NCBI GenBank assembly: GCA_040830765.1
Contig: JBFOMH010000017.1
Span: 224,001-288,000 of the forward strand
DNA from: Puniceicoccaceae bacterium
GTDB taxonomy: Bacteria; Verrucomicrobiota; Verrucomicrobiia; Opitutales; Oceanipulchritudinaceae
Direction of reading: 5' to 3'
DNA length: 64,000 nucleotides
Shown here piece after piece: positions 61,559 through 64,000 of the stretch; positions within the stretch are counted from its first letter, which is position 1, and each line of letters opens with the position of its first letter. The position numbers and the translations under genes are program-made. Below the pieces are notes generated by a model. That model made no database searches. It saw nothing but the letters and a program-made list of their open reading frames with translations, and was not told the origin of the DNA.

Positions 61559-62620
61559 ATGAAATCCATCAAATTACCCACCGTTGTCTCCATGCTCATG
61601 GGAAGCTGTGCGGTCCTCTTGCTCCCATTGGTATCGCTCGCCGCTGAAGAAGAGGAAGTCATCCGCAAGGAGGACATTAACCAGATAGTTGCTGAAGCGA
61701 CCGAAACTGCCAGGGAATGGGCTTACCGTTTGCGGGAGTACCAAGGTGGCAAGGCTGAATCATCCACCTACATGGGCATCGTCATTGAACCCGTCCCAAG
61801 TGTATTGCGGGATTATGTGGACCTTCCCAAGGGAGTTGGCCTTTTGCTGCCCAAGATCGCCAAGGACGGTCCAGCCGACAAGGCTGGCCTGAAGGACAAT
61901 GACATCATTGTCAGCTTCGATGACCAGCTGGTTATCAACATCAGCCAGTTATCGACCCTGATTGACATGAAAGGTCCCGGGGCCACAGTGCCTGTCAAGG
62001 TCTTGCGCAAAGGCGAGGAATTGACGCTTGAGGTAACCCTTGAGGAGCGCATGCGCAAGGGAGGCCACTTCTTTATCCCAGAGGCCCCTGATGCTCCCGA
62101 TGCCCCGGAAATACCCGACATGGAGGATCTGGGAATGATTATGGAGAAGGTCGAGGAATGGATCCCCGGATCGGTGAGGATTTATGTCGACCAGAACGAG
62201 CAGGTCCACGTCGACCTTGAGGACCTGCGCGAAGACATCAATGAGCTTCGGGATAAGTTCACGCAGATTCATGTCATTAAAGGGGATGATCCCGACATCG
62301 TTACTCACCATGGCGACCATGGCGCGCGGACAACAATGATCCGCGTTGCCCAAAAGGATGTCAGTTACGAGAGTGACGAGGGGAAGGTCGTCCTCGATTC
62401 AACCGAGGCCGGACGCCAGGCAATGGTCTGGGACGCGGAGGGCAACCTCATTTATGAGGGGGCCCTGCCCGAAAACTATGCTGAAGAGCTGCCACCGGCA
62501 GCTGTTCGGTTGATCGATTCCTTGAATGACCTCGAACTGGATACAGAGGGCTACCAATTTGAGATCCGCCTCAACACAGAAGATATCGATCCAGTGACTT
62601 TCCATACTCCTGGTGAGTGA
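61559..62620 (+). CDS. Exported PDZ-domain protein
   Basis: Signal peptide. YMGI...GPADKAGLKDNDII...VKVLRKG (HtrA-type PDZ). No protease motif seen. Confidence 0.82.
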   Translation: MKSIKLPTVVSMLMGSCAVLLLPLVSLAAEEEEVIRKEDINQIVAEATETAREWAYRLREYQGGKAESSTYMGIVIEPVPSVLRDYVDLPKGVGLLLPKIAKDGPADKAGLKDNDIIVSFDDQLVINISQLSTLIDMKGPGATVPVKVLRKGEELTLEVTLEERMRKGGHFFIPEAPDAPDAPEIPDMEDLGMIMEKVEEWIPGSVRIYVDQNEQVHVDLEDLREDINELRDKFTQIHVIKGDDPDIVTHHGDHGARTTMIRVAQKDVSYESDEGKVVLDSTEAGRQAMVWDAEGNLIYEGALPENYAEELPPAAVRLIDSLNDLELDTEGYQFEIRLNTEDIDPVTFHTPGE

Positions 62621-62690
62621 ATCTCCGGGTAACGGAGTGGCGACTTTCACTTTGACTCGGTCCGGCTGCTTTGAAAGGCTAGCACCGAGC

Positions 62691-63086
62691 ATGATGGAAA
62701 CGCCTGAGCAACCTCCCGAGGACCTTCTGGATCCCGAGCAGATACAGATGCTGCTCGAAACCGGCGCTGATGACTCGATGGATCTCTTCAATGAGATCCT
62801 TGCCCTTTTTGAAGAGGAAAGCAGTGCCAAGTTTGACGAGATGAAGGCCACGCGTGAAAAGGGAGACTATGAAGGCTTTAGTCGCGCAGCTCATGCCCTG
62901 GCGGGCAGCAGCGCAAATATTGGTGGGCGTGCCGTCTGGTTGATGGCCCGTGACATGGAGAATCTCTGCAAAGGCGGTCAGCCTGAGAAGGCAATCGTCA
63001 TGCTTCCCGAGTTGGAGCGGTTGTACAACAGGACCCTCCTCGAGATGAAGGACTTCGCCAAGCAGGCGCAGTCGGGAGAAGCCTGA
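62691..63086 (+). CDS. Stand-alone Hpt phosphotransfer protein
   Basis: AAHALAGSSANIG phospho-His motif. Confidence 0.85.
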   Translation: MMETPEQPPEDLLDPEQIQMLLETGADDSMDLFNEILALFEEESSAKFDEMKATREKGDYEGFSRAAHALAGSSANIGGRAVWLMARDMENLCKGGQPEKAIVMLPELERLYNRTLLEMKDFAKQAQSGEA

Positions 63087-63104
63087 GGCCGGGATGCGGG
63101 CATG

Positions 63105-63135
63105 AAAAAGCCGGAGGGTGTTGCTCCATCCGGCT
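63105..63135 (-). terminator. Probable intrinsic terminator (minus strand)
   Basis: AGCCGGA...TCCGGCT stem preceded by AAAAA on the plus strand. Confidence 0.65.
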
Positions 63136-63161
63136 GTAAATCACTTGTTGAGCGGGAGTGC

Positions 63162-63320
63162 TTACTCTTCAGGCTTCGTCTTGACCAGACCGGTCACCCG
63201 ATCGCCCGGCTTCCAGTCACCCCGCTTGCGCAGGAGTGCCACACGTTCGAACCGCTTGAGGACATTGCGACGCTTTTTTCCCGCGCCACTTCCGACTTTG
63301 AAACTTGGATGCTGTGACAT
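63162..63320 (-). CDS. PVC-superphylum small basic protein
   Basis: MSQHPSFK...RNVLKRFERVALLRKRGDWKPGDRVTGLVKTK matches the Chlamydiae/Verrucomicrobia/Planctomycetes signature protein pattern. Confidence 0.85.
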   Translation of the reverse strand: MSQHPSFKVGSGAGKKRRNVLKRFERVALLRKRGDWKPGDRVTGLVKTKPEE

Positions 63321-63394
63321 TTTGAAATTCCTTTCGATTGAAAAAGGAGGAAGCAAGTGAATTTCTGCAGGAGTGCAAGGATATTCCCCGAAAA

Positions 63395-63709
63395 TCACAC
63401 CTCCCGGGCCCATTTTGTATAGTCGGAATTCGCGGATTCGGCGCTCCAGAGGAGGATTTCGGGCACTTCATAGGGATGTCGGGCCTTGATCCAGTCCACC
63501 AGGGCCTCCTTTCCCTCCGGCGTGGTTTTGAGCAGAATTCGCCACTCCTCACTCTCCTCAAGAGCGTTTTGCCAAATGTAGAGGGACTGGATGCTGGGAT
63601 CAATTTGGGCGCAGGCAGCCCGTCTTGACTCGACAGCTGATCGGGCCAGCGTCTTCGCTTCCTCCTCCGAAGCGACAGTCGTACTGAGAATCCACAGGCA
63701 ATCGGCCAT
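63395..63709 (-). CDS. cutA: Divalent-cation tolerance protein CutA
   Basis: AACAQI, SLYIWQ, E..ILLKT and HPYEVPEI. Confidence 0.92.
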   Translation of the reverse strand: MADCLWILSTTVASEEEAKTLARSAVESRRAACAQIDPSIQSLYIWQNALEESEEWRILLKTTPEGKEALVDWIKARHPYEVPEILLWSAESANSDYTKWAREV

Positions 63710-63798
63710 TCTGCAATTTGATGCCGGGCCGGATAATTTGTCAGCATCTTTCTATTCAGGCTTGCCGTCGACATTGACCTGCAAATAATCGCCTTCGT

Positions 63799-64000
63799 AT
63801 GGCTAAACCGAATTCTGCCCTCGTCGCCGACGACGAAAACCATATCCGTTCTTATGTTCGGATTATCCTGAACCATCTTGGAATAGAAACTGTCTACGAA
63901 GCCAAATCCGGTGTGGAGGCAGTCGAGTCCTTCCAGGAAAACCGTCCGGATGTTGTCTTTCTTGACATCAACATGCCGGGATTGACCGGACTTGAGGCCT
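63799..64000 (+). CDS. Response regulator receiver domain (partial, runs off window end)
   Basis: Manual translation: MAKPNSALVADDENHIR...RPDVVFLDINMPGLTGLEA. Confidence 0.88.
   Translation, partial: MAKPNSALVADDENHIRSYVRIILNHLGIETVYEAKSGVEAVESFQENRPDVVFLDINMPGLTGLEA

Overview
A 64-kb, GC-rich bacterial chromosomal window, most likely PVC superphylum/Verrucomicrobiota (Opitutales-like). That placement rests on a PVC 'small basic protein', a PEP-CTERM protein and GloVer-like repeats. I found no rRNA, tRNA, CRISPR array, integrase or transposase. Housekeeping genes include katG, sufS, aspC-like, hisC, rlmD-, rlmL- and trmH-like methyltransferases, hppA, a ClC transporter, cutA and a barrel/OPX/Wzc export cassette. 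Two accessory loci stand out. (1) At 5.4-20.2 kb, a cytoplasmic soluble-adenylyl-cyclase-like STAND ATPase/TPR protein is divergent from a 2720-aa secreted protein. That protein carries a codon-diverged (xPESF)n pentapeptide array inserted in a PPC-like domain, immediately before a gingipain/C25-like His-Cys domain. DUF3307, a stand-alone cNMP-binding protein and a glutaminase-STAS-cNMP fusion follow. (2) At 22.7-31.6 kb, nickel-pincer-nucleotide (NPN) cofactor genes larB/larC/larE and a His-rich Ni transporter occur without larA in the window. They abut an operon of Tat-signal proteins (aldo-keto reductase with an Fe-S-like tail, DUF362) and a NapH-NapG-like polyferredoxin, a candidate periplasmic NPN-dependent redox system. 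All family assignments come from motif recognition by eye, not database searches.
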